Below are positions 42,061 through 56,330 of a DNA stretch of 64,000 nt, piece after piece. The notes below the pieces were generated by a model. The model worked only from the letters and a program-made list of their open reading frames with translations. It made no database searches and was not told the DNA's origin. Source of the stretch: the human T2T-CHM13v2.0 reference genome, Homo sapiens; the NCBI RefSeq assembly GCF_009914755.1, contig NC_060942.1; one strand, written 5' to 3'. The position numbers and the translations under genes are program-made. Each line of letters opens with the position of its first letter. Positions within the stretch are counted from its first letter, which is position 1.

Positions 42061-43676
42061 GCACAGATTGTTGGTAGAAAACCTCTCTATAAATACAAAA
42101 TATGCTAAGTGCCTCCTTATAGGTTCTGTAGGATTTCAGCAACCCTCTGGAGACAGTGAAACATATTGCTGTGCATTTGAATAGGCTGCCCCTGAGTGCC
42201 CCTGAGGCCAGGAAGGCACAGCAAGCCCATGGCCTCTGCTTCAAGGGGAGAAGTGCCGGCTGCCAAGCGTCCTTGCTGGCCTGGGAATGCTGCAGTCACC
42301 TTGCTTGTGGAGACTGGGATGGGGGCATCCAACTGGAACTGCCCAGCCATTCTGCCTTCTGAGGCTGGCCCTGGAGATTGGAGGAATCACCTGGTAGGTA
42401 AGTTTGTTCTTGGAAATCCCATCACAATTCTATCTGGTCTAGAAAACAATCTTAGTGTTGCCAGGATGGATTTGGACTTGCTTCTGTCCACCGAGGGAGG
42501 CTCACATGGCTCCCGTCACGACAAACACCCCAGAACGAAGACTGAAGCCAAGAGCCTGGTGGCCCTAGGAGCTGGCAGTCCATACAGTGAATAGAAAGGG
42601 GCTGTTGGACGTGGCCAGCACAGTTCAGGTGTAGAAAGCACCACTGTGCAAAAACAAGGGATTGGAACTATGCCCTTTCCTTGACACACCACAGTGTAGG
42701 CCCCCTTTGACTTTGTGCTTGAAAAATGATGGAAGAGACTTCTCTTCTCCGTCCATGCCATCCTGAATGCTGACTTTACACACAGGATATATGATGATGA
42801 CCCAATTTCATATCTCCAACCCAGACCCCCACCCTCAGACTCCAATCTTGTATACGCAACTACTTAGCCAGCAGCTGCCGGATGTTGACTAGACCTCAAT
42901 TCAATATGCCGAGCTCTGAATTCCTGAGCTGCCCCCACAAAACCTGCCACTGCACAGTCGTTCTTATCTCAGGTGACAGCAACTCCATCTTCCCAGTGGC
43001 CCAGGGCAGACACACAGGAGTCACCTTGACTTTTTCTTGTTGTCCTAGGTGCATCTGACCTTCCAGGAAAGACTTTGGGCCACACATTCACCATTTGTCC
43101 AGAATTCTCCTCTCATTACCTCCTCTGAGGCAGGTCTGAACCATTCTCTGGTCTGAACCATCTTCATTGGCACATGGGCCACTGCGGGAACCTCCTAACT
43201 GGTTTTCCTATCTCTCTCTTTGCTCCCCTATAACCTATTCTCAACACAGCATACAAGTGTTCTTTTAAAACATAACCAAGACTGCCTCATTTTTTTTCTC
43301 AAAACCTCGTATGGGTGCCTGTTCACTCAAGGTAGAAGCCCATGTATGACCTGGTTCCACTGTTACCTCCCTGACCTCATCTCCTGCTCCTCTTCTTTGG
43401 ATTGACCCCCTGCTGTTTCTCAATTAAACCAGGCATGCTCCTGCCTCATGCCTTCACACTTGCCATTTCCTCTGCAGGAATAACCTTCCCCCAAATATTC
43501 ACTTACCTGGTTTCCTGCATGTCCCCAAGTCTTTGTTCAACACCCCCTTTTCAGGGCTGTCCACAAAGATCTGTTCCACCCCACACCAGGTCCTCCCCAC
43601 TGCCTTTAGCCTCTGCAGTTCCTCTTGACCACCTCAACTGTGTCTTTTCTTTTCAATTTGTCACCTTCCAGTATAC

Positions 43677-44147
43677 TGCCTTAGTTCTCTAGGGCTGTTG
43701 TAACAAAGCACCACAGACTGGAGGTGCTTAAAGGATGGAAATGCATGTCTCATAGATTTGGAGGCTGGGAGTCTGAGATCAAGGTGTCACCAGGGCTGGT
43801 TCCTTCCAAAGGCTATGGAGGAGAAGCTGTTCCTGGTCTCTGTCCCAGCTTCTGGCCGTTGCTGGAAATTTTGGGCCTTCCTTGGCTTTTAGATGCGTCA
43901 CTCTGACCTCCATCTTCATCTTCACGTGGCGTTTTCCTGCTGTGTGTGTCTGTGTTTCAATTTCCCACTTTTATAAGGACACCAGTCATGTTAGATCACG
44001 TGCCCATACTACTCCAATAGGACTTCATCTTTACTCAAGTGATTCTATCTGCAATGACCTTGTTTCCAAATAAGGTTGCATTCAGAGGTCCTGGGGAATT
44101 AGGACTTCAGCCTATGAATTTTGGGAGACACCATTCAACCCTTAACA
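43677..44147 (-). mobile_element. MLT1C-like LTR
   Basis: ttagttctctagggctgttgtaacaaagcaccacagactgg...tataaggacaccagtcat...tttccaaataaggt...attcaacccttaaca. Confidence 0.88.
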
Positions 44148-44157
44148 GACACCATGT

Positions 44158-44586
44158 GGTGCTAGTTTCCTAGGGCTGCCTGATAAAGTGCCAACAAACT
44201 GAGCAGCTTCAACAACAGAAATTTTTGTCTCACAGATTTGGAGGCTCGAAGTCTAAAATGAAAGCCGGTTTCTTCTGAGGCTGCGAGGAAGAATCTGTTC
44301 TGGACCCCTTTCCTCAGCTCCTGGGGGTCACCCAGCAATCCTTGGCTTGCACATGGCATTTTTCCTGTGTCTTCATGTTGTCCTCCCTCAATACACATCT
44401 GTGTCTGCGTCCAAATGTCCCTTTTTATAAGGACACCAAATATATTGCGTGAGGATCCACACTAATGATTTCATTTTAACTTGATTACCTCTGCAAAGAC
44501 CCCATTTCAAAAAAGGAGCTATGTTATATGTATATGTTAGGACATCAACATTTCTCTCTTTAGGGAACAAAATCCAACCCATAACA
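44158..44586 (-). mobile_element. MLT1B/C-like LTR
   Basis: ctagtttcctagggctgcc...aacaacagaaattt...tataaggacacca...acttgattacctctgcaaagaccc...aatccaacccataaca. Confidence 0.88.
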
Positions 44587-44972
44587 TAGACAATATGTTC
44601 ATTTAATGTAGGTTTTTTTTCATTGTCTGTTTTTCATTGCTGGAAAGTAAGTTCTAGGAGGCAGAGACCTATGCGTGCTTTTTGTTTTTATCTTACTGGT
44701 ATAAACTAAGCATTTAAAATAGTGATTAGAACATAGCAGATGCCAATAAACATTTGTTAACTAAAAGAATGAATGACATTTATTACCATTTTGCAGACAA
44801 GCTCTGTGCCTTAGTCATAGGGGCATTTAATCAGGGACCCTCGGCCAAGATCTCAGGGCCCTCGGCTGAACACGTAGGATTAAGATAAACCTCCGATTAC
44901 CTGGTGGTAATTAGAGATGATGAGATGATTTTCAGATGGAATCTAGGCAGCTCTGAGGCAAACTTCTCCAGG

Positions 44973-45045
44973 CTCTGGTTTAAGACAGTCAACTGGAGCA
45001 CCTGGGAACCTTAAACTCTGGTTTAAGACTGTCACCTGGAGCACC
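44973..45045. repeat. 30-bp direct repeat, two copies, 13-bp spacer
   Basis: ctctggtttaagacagtcaactggagcacc (44973-45002) vs ctctggtttaagactgtcacctggagcacc (45016-45045); 2 mismatches. Confidence 0.9.
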
Positions 45046-47569
45046 AGTGCATCCAGCGTCGTGCTCCCTTCATTCATCAACTGCACAATAGTTGCTTGGA
45101 TACCCTGCTCATCTCATCAGCCACGGTGGCCTGTTACCAATTCTCAGAAAATGAAACGAGACCCCTGAGGACTGTAATTTGGGGAGTGCAGTCATTTAGG
45201 AATGTTTAGAGGGATCTGGAAAACCTGCCCAGCCAGTTCGTTCCCAGGCACAAATGGCAGGAGGCCCAGGGTGCGAGGGAAAATACCAGGTTCTGTGCTT
45301 GGCCTTCTTTATCAGCCTCAGAACCAGGGACCTTTTGTTTGTTTACTAGCTTAGATAAACTCCCAAATCCTTGGGAATATTCCAGTAAATCTGTTTTCCC
45401 AAATACTTCACTCTTGTTTATAGAACACCTTCAAAATATGACAGCTTGTTGCAGATGGAAAACAACGCCTCCCTCTTAGCAAACCCGCCTTCTTCCCTTG
45501 CCCCAAAGTGCTTCTTGAGAATTTTCAAGCTCTCTATGTCATGATCTCAAGTTTGAGCCTCAGTGGAAAAACCCTGTTGGAATTCCTTTCAGTGCGATTT
45601 GCATATTCTGTGTTAACTCAGGACAGTGGCATGGAAGCTAAGCTCACTTCTCTAATTACATTTGGATTGCTTAACATATTTCATGTATAGCCATAAGACA
45701 ATGATTATCATTTCTGAAAGCAAATAACATTTTTATTTTTCACTGTTATAAAAATGATCCAATAGAAAATTTTGATCTTTCTGCTTTAACAGAAGCAGAG
45801 TTTTAGCAACTTGCATGGATGTGTTTTTCCCAGTCTCAATTAGTTCAGTGTCAAACCCAGTTCCTGCACATGGTTTTTTATAGTTCCCAGGCAGTTGGGT
45901 GTAATTCCAACAGCCTTTCCTTTATTATCTATCTAATAGATTATCCTGCTTCATATCTCCGTGGCACCAGATGGCATTATCTCCTTAGACTGGCTGTTGC
46001 CTTGTTAATACAGAGTTACATAGAAACATTAAAGGTCAGGAGGAAACCATATGGTCTATCCTGTCCTGCCCTTTTATGCCCGGGAAAGGCCAAATCATCA
46101 TCGTAATGTTCCCCTCTACCCGGAGTGCAGCCAATAGCTGCATATATTTGATTCTCTTTTTGACTCATGATTCCATTTCTATTGAAATACTATAATCAAT
46201 AATTCCTTCAACTTCTACAACCTGGTCGTTGCTTTTATATTCCAAGCACGTCATTTTACTGAAAACTAAGTGATAAAACAAATTTTACTTGGTTTCTTAA
46301 AATAATACTGCTATTTGTTTTTATATATTTTGTTATTTTTCTAACAACTCTAAAATGAATGTCTGAAGTTTTTAGTTATGGTTGATACACTGGATCAACA
46401 GCACCACTGATTTGTAATTGCTATTTGAAATCTAGATTTATTTGTGCAATCTATCTTTTTCTGTCAAGAATATCTGGTTCTGCATCTTGCTGGTTGGGTT
46501 TTAGTCCTTATTTCATCTTTAAATGCGTCCCTCAAATGTCTCCCATTCCAACTTAGAGGACTTTGCTTTTCTCTAATAAATACCAGTTCTAACAGGATAA
46601 AAACTATTGAACTGTTGGCTTCGGGGGAAGAGCTTCTAAATGAGAAACATCCTAGCTTGGAACCAATGGAGTGATCAGTCCGGGAAGAATTGGCATAGGG
46701 CCCTCTTTCAGGAGCTGGAGCAAAACCAGAGTCATGAAATCAAAACTTCTAATACTGAGCCTTTTCATTTTTAAATGACCTTATGCACATCCATGGTTAA
46801 TTCTTAAAACACCTTGCCTTTTAATCCTCTTACACGCATTCTCTCTCTCTTCCTTCCCCCATTTTTCTAAGCTCAAGAAATTTGAATGAAAAAAATAACA
46901 CTTTAAAAAAACTCTTTAGGTTAAATTTACCTTTTAGAACAATGTGTTATGACTGTTGTCATTTCTCACTTTAAATTCCCCTTATTGATAACTTATCAGC
47001 ACCCTCTTGAATTGGAAACATTTTTGCCTATTCACCTTGATTTAGATTAAGGTTTTCTTTCCTCTTTTTTACCATTGGCCTTAAAGTTCAGATCATTGTT
47101 GAATTTTCATGAGGTATAATTAATAAAATAACTCTTCTAAAAAACAAGGATATTGATCAGTTGTTTACCTCAGTTCTCAATATCTTTATCTACATATCTC
47201 ACTCTCAAACAGTTCAGCAATTGCTTATACGCTCAGATAGTTTCCTTTATCCTTAAAGTCATGCAGTAGCCCCATTTTTCTTTTTACACAAGTAACTGGG
47301 CCCTGTTCCTGCTATTTCGCAGGCTACAGGGTCACGAGGCAAGTTTTAGGCCTGAATTTAGACAATTGTAAGCTGCATACTCTTTTGCAGCATTGCCTTG
47401 TCATCCATATGCTATAATTGGGGTTAAGAGTCATTTGTTAATCAAGGCACTTAAAGATTTTTTTTTTCAATATGATACAAATAGACTCAAAGATTATAGG
47501 AGAAAATACTTCAAGAATACAGGACTTGCAAAGGAATTACATGGAAAACAGAAGACCCAAAGTACTCTA

Positions 47570-47880
47570 ACTGTATTCCCACATTGTCTGGGGGTGATAG
47601 TAACAACGGTACCTACCTGTCTGGACTGTCACATGATATAACTGATGGTGCACAGGAAACATGTTCTCATTGATTGGAGAGTAATAAGGGCTCAATAAAT
47701 ATTATCATTGCATGGGTTCCAACAGTGACTACGAGGTGATTGCTGTTATTCCTATTTGACAGATAGATAAACTAAGGCACAGAGAGATGAAAAGACTCAA
47801 TTTGATGCAAACCCTGAGTCTGTGAAAAAGGCAAGACAGAAGCCCAGAAATTCTAAACTTTATCTGATATATCCACAATA
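47570..47880. mobile_element. Two MIR fragments in opposite orientation
   Basis: ggggtgatagtaacaacggtacctacct...gctcaataaatattat (+); gttattcctatttgacagatagataaactaaggcacagagag (-). Confidence 0.6.
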
Positions 47881-49155
47881 CAACCCACACTATAATACAA
47901 TATCCATTACAGACAGCAGTGAGTTGCCCAGTCACCATTTTCCCAAAGAAATGGAAATAGAAGTCACTCAACCCTGAAACCCATGCAAGTGCAGGTAGAT
48001 GAAAGCCTTTCCTCTTAGACACAGTCAAGGAGGATGGAATCTTGGATCCAGGCTAGGAGAGGATTCAGACGGACATAGGCCAGGCAACATTGATTGAAGG
48101 GTGTGGGATCCCTAAAGAGGGTGGGTTAGGACTAAGGCTGCGATGTTTTGGATTATTGAAATAAACATCTGATGTCCTTAACACTTATCTGGATTAAGCT
48201 TCACTCCTGAACCCCTGAGTTCATCTCTCTCTAATAGCATGTCAGTAATGGTGACCAGTGAATTAACCCTGGAAAACACTTATTGATCTCTACCTCAGAT
48301 TGCTGACTTCAAAAAAAATGTCATTGCTTCATCACATACACTGTTCTGCCTCATTAGCCACTGTCACTTTGTTCCTGGGCACCAAGGGACTCATTATTCC
48401 TGACATAGTAACTCGATGTGAACCTGCCACAGATTGTTATGAGGCCCTGACAACAAGTGGTTCTCCCATCTTACCAGAGTTTCCTCCCGTTTGAGGGAGG
48501 AAGGAGCCCCCAGTCCTGGTTAGAGACCAGTGGACAAAGAGCCTGAAACATCTAAGGAGGATCTAAAACATGTGTTCTCCTCTTTACAGCCTAGTTAAGT
48601 ACGTGAGCTTATGTTTTCATGATGCCTCAAATGCTACTTTCAGGGCCTAATAAAGCTTCTTTTCATATAATAATTGGCATCTCCTAGGCTCCTGGTGATG
48701 ACCCCAGTGCACCCCAGGACCTTTTTATCGTAGAAGTTGCTGAGTTCCACTAGATGATTCTTAATTAGGTAAGAACCATCCAGACATCTGAAATGCAAAT
48801 TAGAAGGCCATAAGAAGTGGAAATCAGACCAGATCATTAAGAAAACAGGCTGGAAAATAGCATAAGTTTGTAAAAATAGGCAAAAAAGGAAATTCAACCT
48901 TCAGGGGCATTGCAGGCAATGGAAAAACATTTTTAAATTCTAATATCTAAAGGGTTTATCATTTATTTGTATACGACAAGGCAAGTAATAGAGGAGAATT
49001 GAAATTTTACTTCCCTTTTTCTCGAAATAGCACATGGAACTGAAATAATATACTTTTTGTGATAGATTAAAAATCAAGCAGGAGTAAGTAAAAATGTGAG
49101 AGAATAGAAACTTAAATTATGGGCCTGGATAAAAAGTGTTTCCAGGGCAGGTGTT

Positions 49156-49608
<453 letters not shown>

Positions 49609-50449
49609 TAAGTGCTTCTGATACTTCTGTTTTAGATCAAACCTCTGCCATATTCTTTTGGTGATTAGTGGCAATAAATGCTTGTCCTTAGAGGTTTGAT
49701 TCAGTTCTACAAACACCCAAGAGTCTTTCTAAATCAATATTTATGAATAGTATAGGTGACTAAGTTTGATAACACCGTCGAGTTTTATTTGGTGGGGAGG
49801 TAGCTTCCTGCTATAGTCCATTTTAGCATACCTTTTTCAGAAGGACAATTTCTAATTTCATTTTATCCTATTTGATTCCCATAGAAAAATTTGAGAGACA
49901 TTTGAGAGGAACTAATCAAACTTGTCAAAGTTTTTGAAAATAGGACTCATGAGAAAAGGTTAAGAAGATGGGCTTAGTTTAAATGAGAATATGCTCCAAA
50001 TGTTCATTAGTGACCCATGGTATGCAGACCTCGGTGGGGATGCGGGAGGTGTAGGAAGGGATTGGCTATAATTCTCCATTTTCACTTACTGAGCACAGAA
50101 TAACAGCATTATGTATGAACAGAAATGACAGCCGTAAAAAATTGCTGTCCTGTGAGGAAAGTCGTTTCTGTCTTTGGAAACACCTAGTTGTCTCCTGAGG
50201 CCCTGGATGGGTTTGGGATGAGCCCGTGTAACCCTCCGGTGGCTTGAAGGTGACAACTGACGTAAGATTGTGTGGCGCAGAACTGTAAGTTGTTTTGGCA
50301 GCAAAGAGGAACCAGAGGACACAAGGGAGGGAGCCACATGGGATGAGGTGGGATTCCCAGTTAACAGGATGGTGGGGACACTTTGAAGAACAGAAATGCC
50401 TATCATAAAATGTTAAGATTTTGTTGTTATTATTTCCAAAATACTAAGC

Positions 50450-50955
50450 TGCATTATTCATCTGTTGTTATGTAACAGATTGTTCCAAATACAGCAGCAT
50501 AAAACGACAAACATGTATTACCTCATGCAGTATCCACAGGTTAGGAGTCCAGGAGTGGCTTGGCTGAGTGCTTCTGGCTTGGGCTGTCTCCTGAAATTGC
50601 AGTCAAGCTATCTGCAGGGAGGGCAGACTCATCTGAAAGTGTGACTGGGGCTGGAGGGGCTGCTTCCAAGATAGTGCACACACAGCTGTTGTTGAGAGGC
50701 CTTGGTACTTCCTCCAGAGGACCTCACCCTAGAAAGTTTGAGCATGCTCCAGACATGAGGGCTGGCATCTCACAGAGCAAGCAACCTGAGAGATGGAGCA
50801 AGGCCCAGCCTTTGACCTAGATTTGGGAGTCCCAGGCCATTACTTCAGCTGGATTCTCTTGGTCACACAGCCTAACACTCACTCATTATTGGAGGAGCCT
50901 AAATAAGAGTTTGAATTCCCAAGGGCAGGAATCCCTGGAGACTGTCTTAGTCTGG
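50450..50955 (-). mobile_element. MLT1F/G-like LTR
   Basis: tatgtaacaga...ccaggagtggcttggctgagtgcttctggct...tcatctgaaagtgtgactggggctggagg...gcttccaagat. Confidence 0.75.
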
Positions 50956-51231
50956 GACATGACATCAGCCTTTCATGTCCCCATGCTTCAGCCACAGCTG
51001 TTTCCTACAGATGCCTTATTTGTTTCTGAGTTGGGGGTGGAAAATTTTTAAAAAGGGACTCTATCCCACCATCCACATTAAAGAAGTATGACAAACTAGA
51101 AGAAGAGAGAAAAGATCAATAAAGCTGGTTATCATTTATTAAGCATACATTAGAACCTGAAACCAGGTGCACCACCCAAAGTGGACAACCCCAGAAATGT
51201 TGGAAAGTTTTCTATCATTCTTCAAATGTTA

Positions 51232-52161
<930 letters not shown>

Positions 52162-54442
52162 GAGGCTCAGATCTTCTTAACAATCGATTGCACCTGGAAA
52201 GGTATCTGATTAGGCCATGGCAGAAGAAGGAGGTGATGGGAAGTAGTGCCAAAAAGCTGAAAGGAAAGGAGGGCAGGAAAGGTTCCTGGAGCAGCTGGCA
52301 AACAAGGCCAGCCAAGCTCTCCATGGCTGTAAGCGTGATCCACTCACCTGTAGCACAGGTACCACTGCTGGAAGCACAGTTATTTGTGGGATGGAGGCTT
52401 GGATGTGGGCAGAAAGGGGAGTTTTTTATTTTGTTATTTGACTTTCTCAATTCAAATTGTGGACATTGCCCCCTCTTTGAATCCCATAAATCTCTGCACA
52501 CACACATTCACTCCTGCTGTGAAATCTATTTGCCACATTTTAGTGCTCAGCAAGTTTATGGTGGAGTGATAAACTCTAGAAACAGAGAGTTGCAATGTAA
52601 ATTCACAAGACCTCTAACTACGCTATAAGTGTTAATATGACAAATAGGGTTGAGATAAGAATACATTTTTCTTTCAACCGTATGGAGTTTACCTTACATT
52701 TATTTTCACGTAATTTTGCAGTATTCTTTTACATGGTTATTTTTGTGTGTGTCCAGAAGGTTTTCCTCATGTTTGGCTGTAATTTTCATATTTGCTGGAT
52801 CATTCTTTTGAGAGTAGTGTGGGCTGAAGGCCAATGTCAAAGACCACTAGGAAAGTTCAGCTCAATCAGCATAGGTCTCTAATTTTCTAATCTCTTCTTA
52901 TGCTCTGGACAGAATTCTTTGAATTCTTTCTTCTCCTTCCTTGGCTAAAGCTAAGCTTGAAGAACCAATCTTAATTCTTAATCCCGTTATGAATTCCTGT
53001 GAAGGCTTTGATTGACCTAATTCTTCCTTTAGATAATGTTTCCTTGTTTTTTTCTAACTTTTCAAAATGAGGGGCTGGTGGATATTTGTTGGTGGGTTGC
53101 CTGTCCAAAGAGTAATTCACAATTAATATAAAATTGATATGTTCCAAACTCTCAAACACAATGTTCCATAAGCAAATGTGTATCTTTCTAGGTCTGGGCA
53201 TATATGCATAGCTAATTCCACTATTTTAAATTAATTGATAGAACATATTAGCTTAAAAAGATTTCATATGTTTCTTTTTTTAATGGTGTTGGCATGACTC
53301 GCCAATTCTATCAAAATAATTAAAAGTCATCATGGACATATTAGACTCCGTGGTTAAATTTTAGCCATATTCTCAGATGTTTAAATGTTTTCTAAAAGTC
53401 CTCCTTGTTTTAATTTCAGGCGAAAAATGTTCTTCAGGAAAGGTATATAAATTTTAGTACAGTATTATAATAAAAACTTTTTCGTATGCAGATCCAGTTT
53501 AACATTTTTGCATTTAAAAGGATTAACGCTTTCCACATCCTTTTTTAGTTGGTGCTCAGATAAATATGTGTATTTACAAACATATCAAATATTCTTTGCA
53601 GGTTTGTTACCAACACCTGCTATTTATGATAGCCTAAGAAGCCCTAATTAGCAACTTTGGAATACACATCTCAGAAGAACATAGTGATACATTTGGAGTA
53701 CTGGGTTCTGGAGATAACCTTCTTAAACTCCACTAAAGAGCAACCAAACTCATCACTCTGAGCAAGAAGGAAGATTGAGGCAAACACCCTATTGTGCATA
53801 GTGTTAGCACAAATAAACAACTGGTACGATCATCAAAAACTCTAGTTCCCAGCAACACATCTGAAATGGTCAGTTATCAATTTCCTGGGTAATATGCCCA
53901 TTAAATAGCAAAAGGACACAAAAAACAGTTGGAAACATCAGCAGAAAGCTTAACTCCTGGCACCAGAATATCCATGTCCAGCCGTGCCTGCCCACAGCAA
54001 TGCCAGCTGCCTGGCAATCATTAAAGGAACATGGTAGCTAGGGAAATCAGAGTTTCTTTTAACTCTATTGGAGAGGCTGTAGCAGAACTGAAACTACTAG
54101 GGAAACCCCAGAGCATGGCAACCCCACAATCAGGAGCAAACCCCACGATTCTCCATGTCATGTGCATTTAGAAGCAGGAGAAAATCAGAAAGAAGCAATT
54201 CAAATCTGCTAAGAATGTTTGTAAGTGTAATCATGCTCTTGGGAACTCAAAGAAGTCTGTCTAATCTCCCCAATAGATCTGTTCATCTCTGTTACCAACA
54301 TGGGTGATTTATTCATCTATTCTCAGAAATTTCTGTGAATAAGCTAGTTTGGTAACGGGCATTTATGAAACCTTTTCATTAATATGAAAATTCATCCCTA
54401 AAACACGAAACAAAGATGTCAATTGGGAGACAGTATTGTTTC

Positions 54443-55040
54443 TGGAGTAGGCAGAATGACTCCCCAAGGTCGCCCACACCCTCATCTGCACCTGTGAATA
54501 TGTTACATTACACAGCAAAAGCGACTTAGCAAATGTGATTCAGGTTATGGACCTTCATATAGGAAGATTATGTTGGATTCTTCAAGGTAACTCAATCTAA
54601 TCACATGAACTTTTAAAAGCAGAGAACTTTCTCCGGCTGAAGACAGACGAGATAGGGCAGAAGGAAAAGTCAGATTGGAAAGTTAGGAGGGATCTTGCCA
54701 TGTTGTTGCCAGTTTGAAGGGGAGGCCAGGTAATACATGGGGCTGGCCCCTAGGGATAGATAGCTGCCTACTGGCCAGCCAGCAAGAAAAGTGGGATCTC
54801 TGCTCTGCAGCTCCAAGCAGCTAAGTTCAGTCAGCAACCTGAATGAGCTTGGAAGTGGGCGCTCCCCCAAGCCTCTAGCTAAGAGCCCAGGCTGGACAAT
54901 ATCTAGTAAGACCCTAAGCAGAGAAACCAGTCAAGCCCCCTGGACATCTGAGCTACAGAACAGTGAGGCAATACATAGGTGTTGTTTTTAGCAGTTACAT
55001 TTGTAGTACATTTTTATGGCAGCAATTGAAAACTAATAGA
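54443..55040 (+). mobile_element. MLT1E-like solo LTR, near full length
   Basis: tggagtaggcagaat...cctgtgaatatgttac...ttaaaagcagagaactttctcc...caacctgaatgagcttggaag...ggcagcaattgaaaactaataga. Confidence 0.85.
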
Positions 55041-55556
55041 AGTAGTTTTGATCGTATTTTGACATTGTCTTATAAATATACTCTTCCTATGTGCATTAGG
55101 ATTTCAGCTCACTATCAGGGAAGGCAAGTGAATCTGATTCTGCAAATGATCCAGATCCCAGGTTTTAGGGACAGAAACATTCCCTGGGTGCGCAATGTGT
55201 TTCTGCCAGCTGTAGCTAGGCATCATGTCCTGTGGGTGTCCCAACACTCACGAGGAAGACAACAGTGAAGATTCACAACACAGGAGGCACCTCATTGGTA
55301 ATATTTAAAGGATGTTGGAAAGACTTATCACCCTCCCTCAAAAGTATCCCCCATTACTCTTTCTGCCATTCCTTTAAGGTATTTATGGGATAGTTCCACT
55401 GATCAGAGAGTTTTTTGCTTGCTTAATGCAAATTTTCTGTAGGAAAGCAGGGATTTTCTGTTAAATTTTCATACATTTAATCAGCTTCTTTCCTCCAAAT
55501 ATCTAGGATAGTTATCTTCAAGGAAGTAAGGGGGTTCTTTGAGCCTGGAGAAAGAT

Positions 55557-55937
55557 TGTGATGGTTAATATTGAGTGTCAGCTTGATTGGATTGAAGGAT
55601 GCAAAGTTTTATTCTTGGATGTGTCTGTAAGGGTGTTGCCAAAGGAGATTAACAACTGAGTCAGTGGATTGGGAGAGGCAGACCCACCCTCAATCTGGGT
55701 AGGCATCATCTAATCAGCTGCCAGTCTGCTAGAAAAAAAGCAGGCAGAAGAAGGTGGAGTGAGCAGACTTGCTGAGTCTTCCAACCTTCGTCTTTCTTCT
55801 GTGCTGGATGCTTCCTGCCCTTGCACAACAGACTCCAAGTTCTTCAGCTTTTGGACTCTTGAACTTACACAAGTGGTTTGCTAGGGACTCTCGGGCCTTC
55901 TGCCACAGACTGAAGGCTGCACTGTTGGCTTCCCTAC
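55557..55937 (+). repeat. 5' LTR (MLT2A2-like), 3'-truncated
   Basis: Collinear with 59751-60131, then switches abruptly to internal sequence after ttccctac. Confidence 0.93.
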
Positions 55938-56330
55938 ACTACCAACAATTTATACTGTTAATCTTTCTACCACCCTTCCCTAAAGAGATCTCCATCCTTT
56001 TACCAGGGTAACTGTGCAATAGGGAAAGAAGGATGATCAGACCTTTTAGGGACTACTGGACACGGCTCCTTGCTGACATTGATTCCAGGGGACCCAAAAC
56101 GTCATTGTGGTCCTCCAGTTAAAGTAGGGGCTTAGGGAGGTCAAGTACTTAATGGAGTTTTAGCTCAGGTTTGACTTACAGTGGGTCCAGTGGGTTCCTG
56201 GACTCTCTTGTGGACATTTCCCCACTGCCGGAATGCATGACTGGCATAGATACACTTAGCAGCTGGCAGAATCCCTACAGTGGCTCTTTGACCAGTAGGG
56301 TAAGGGCTATTAAAGGAGCCATTACAACTG
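55938..56330 (+). pseudogene. pro: ERVL gag end and aspartic protease remnant
   Basis: ggactactggacacggctcc at about 56050-56069 is GLLDT-GS with a 1-nt frameshift, followed by LTLIPGDPKRHCGPPVKVGA; contains stops. Confidence 0.8.

Larger units (their letters stand above)
42790..44776 (+). mobile_element. L2a 3' region, split by two MLT1 LTRs
   Basis: atatctccaacccagacc...ggcagcaactccatcttcccagt-like text...cctcctaactgg...gccttcacacttgccatttcctctg; terminal aataaacatttgttaactaaaagaatgaatga. Confidence 0.8.

Noticed and set aside
43133-43161. ggtctgaaccat duplicated at a 17-bp period
   Set aside because: Ordinary slippage micro-duplication within an L2
44973-45045. CRISPR-like repeat-spacer-repeat
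   Set aside because: Only two copies, 13-bp spacer, eukaryotic context, no cas genes
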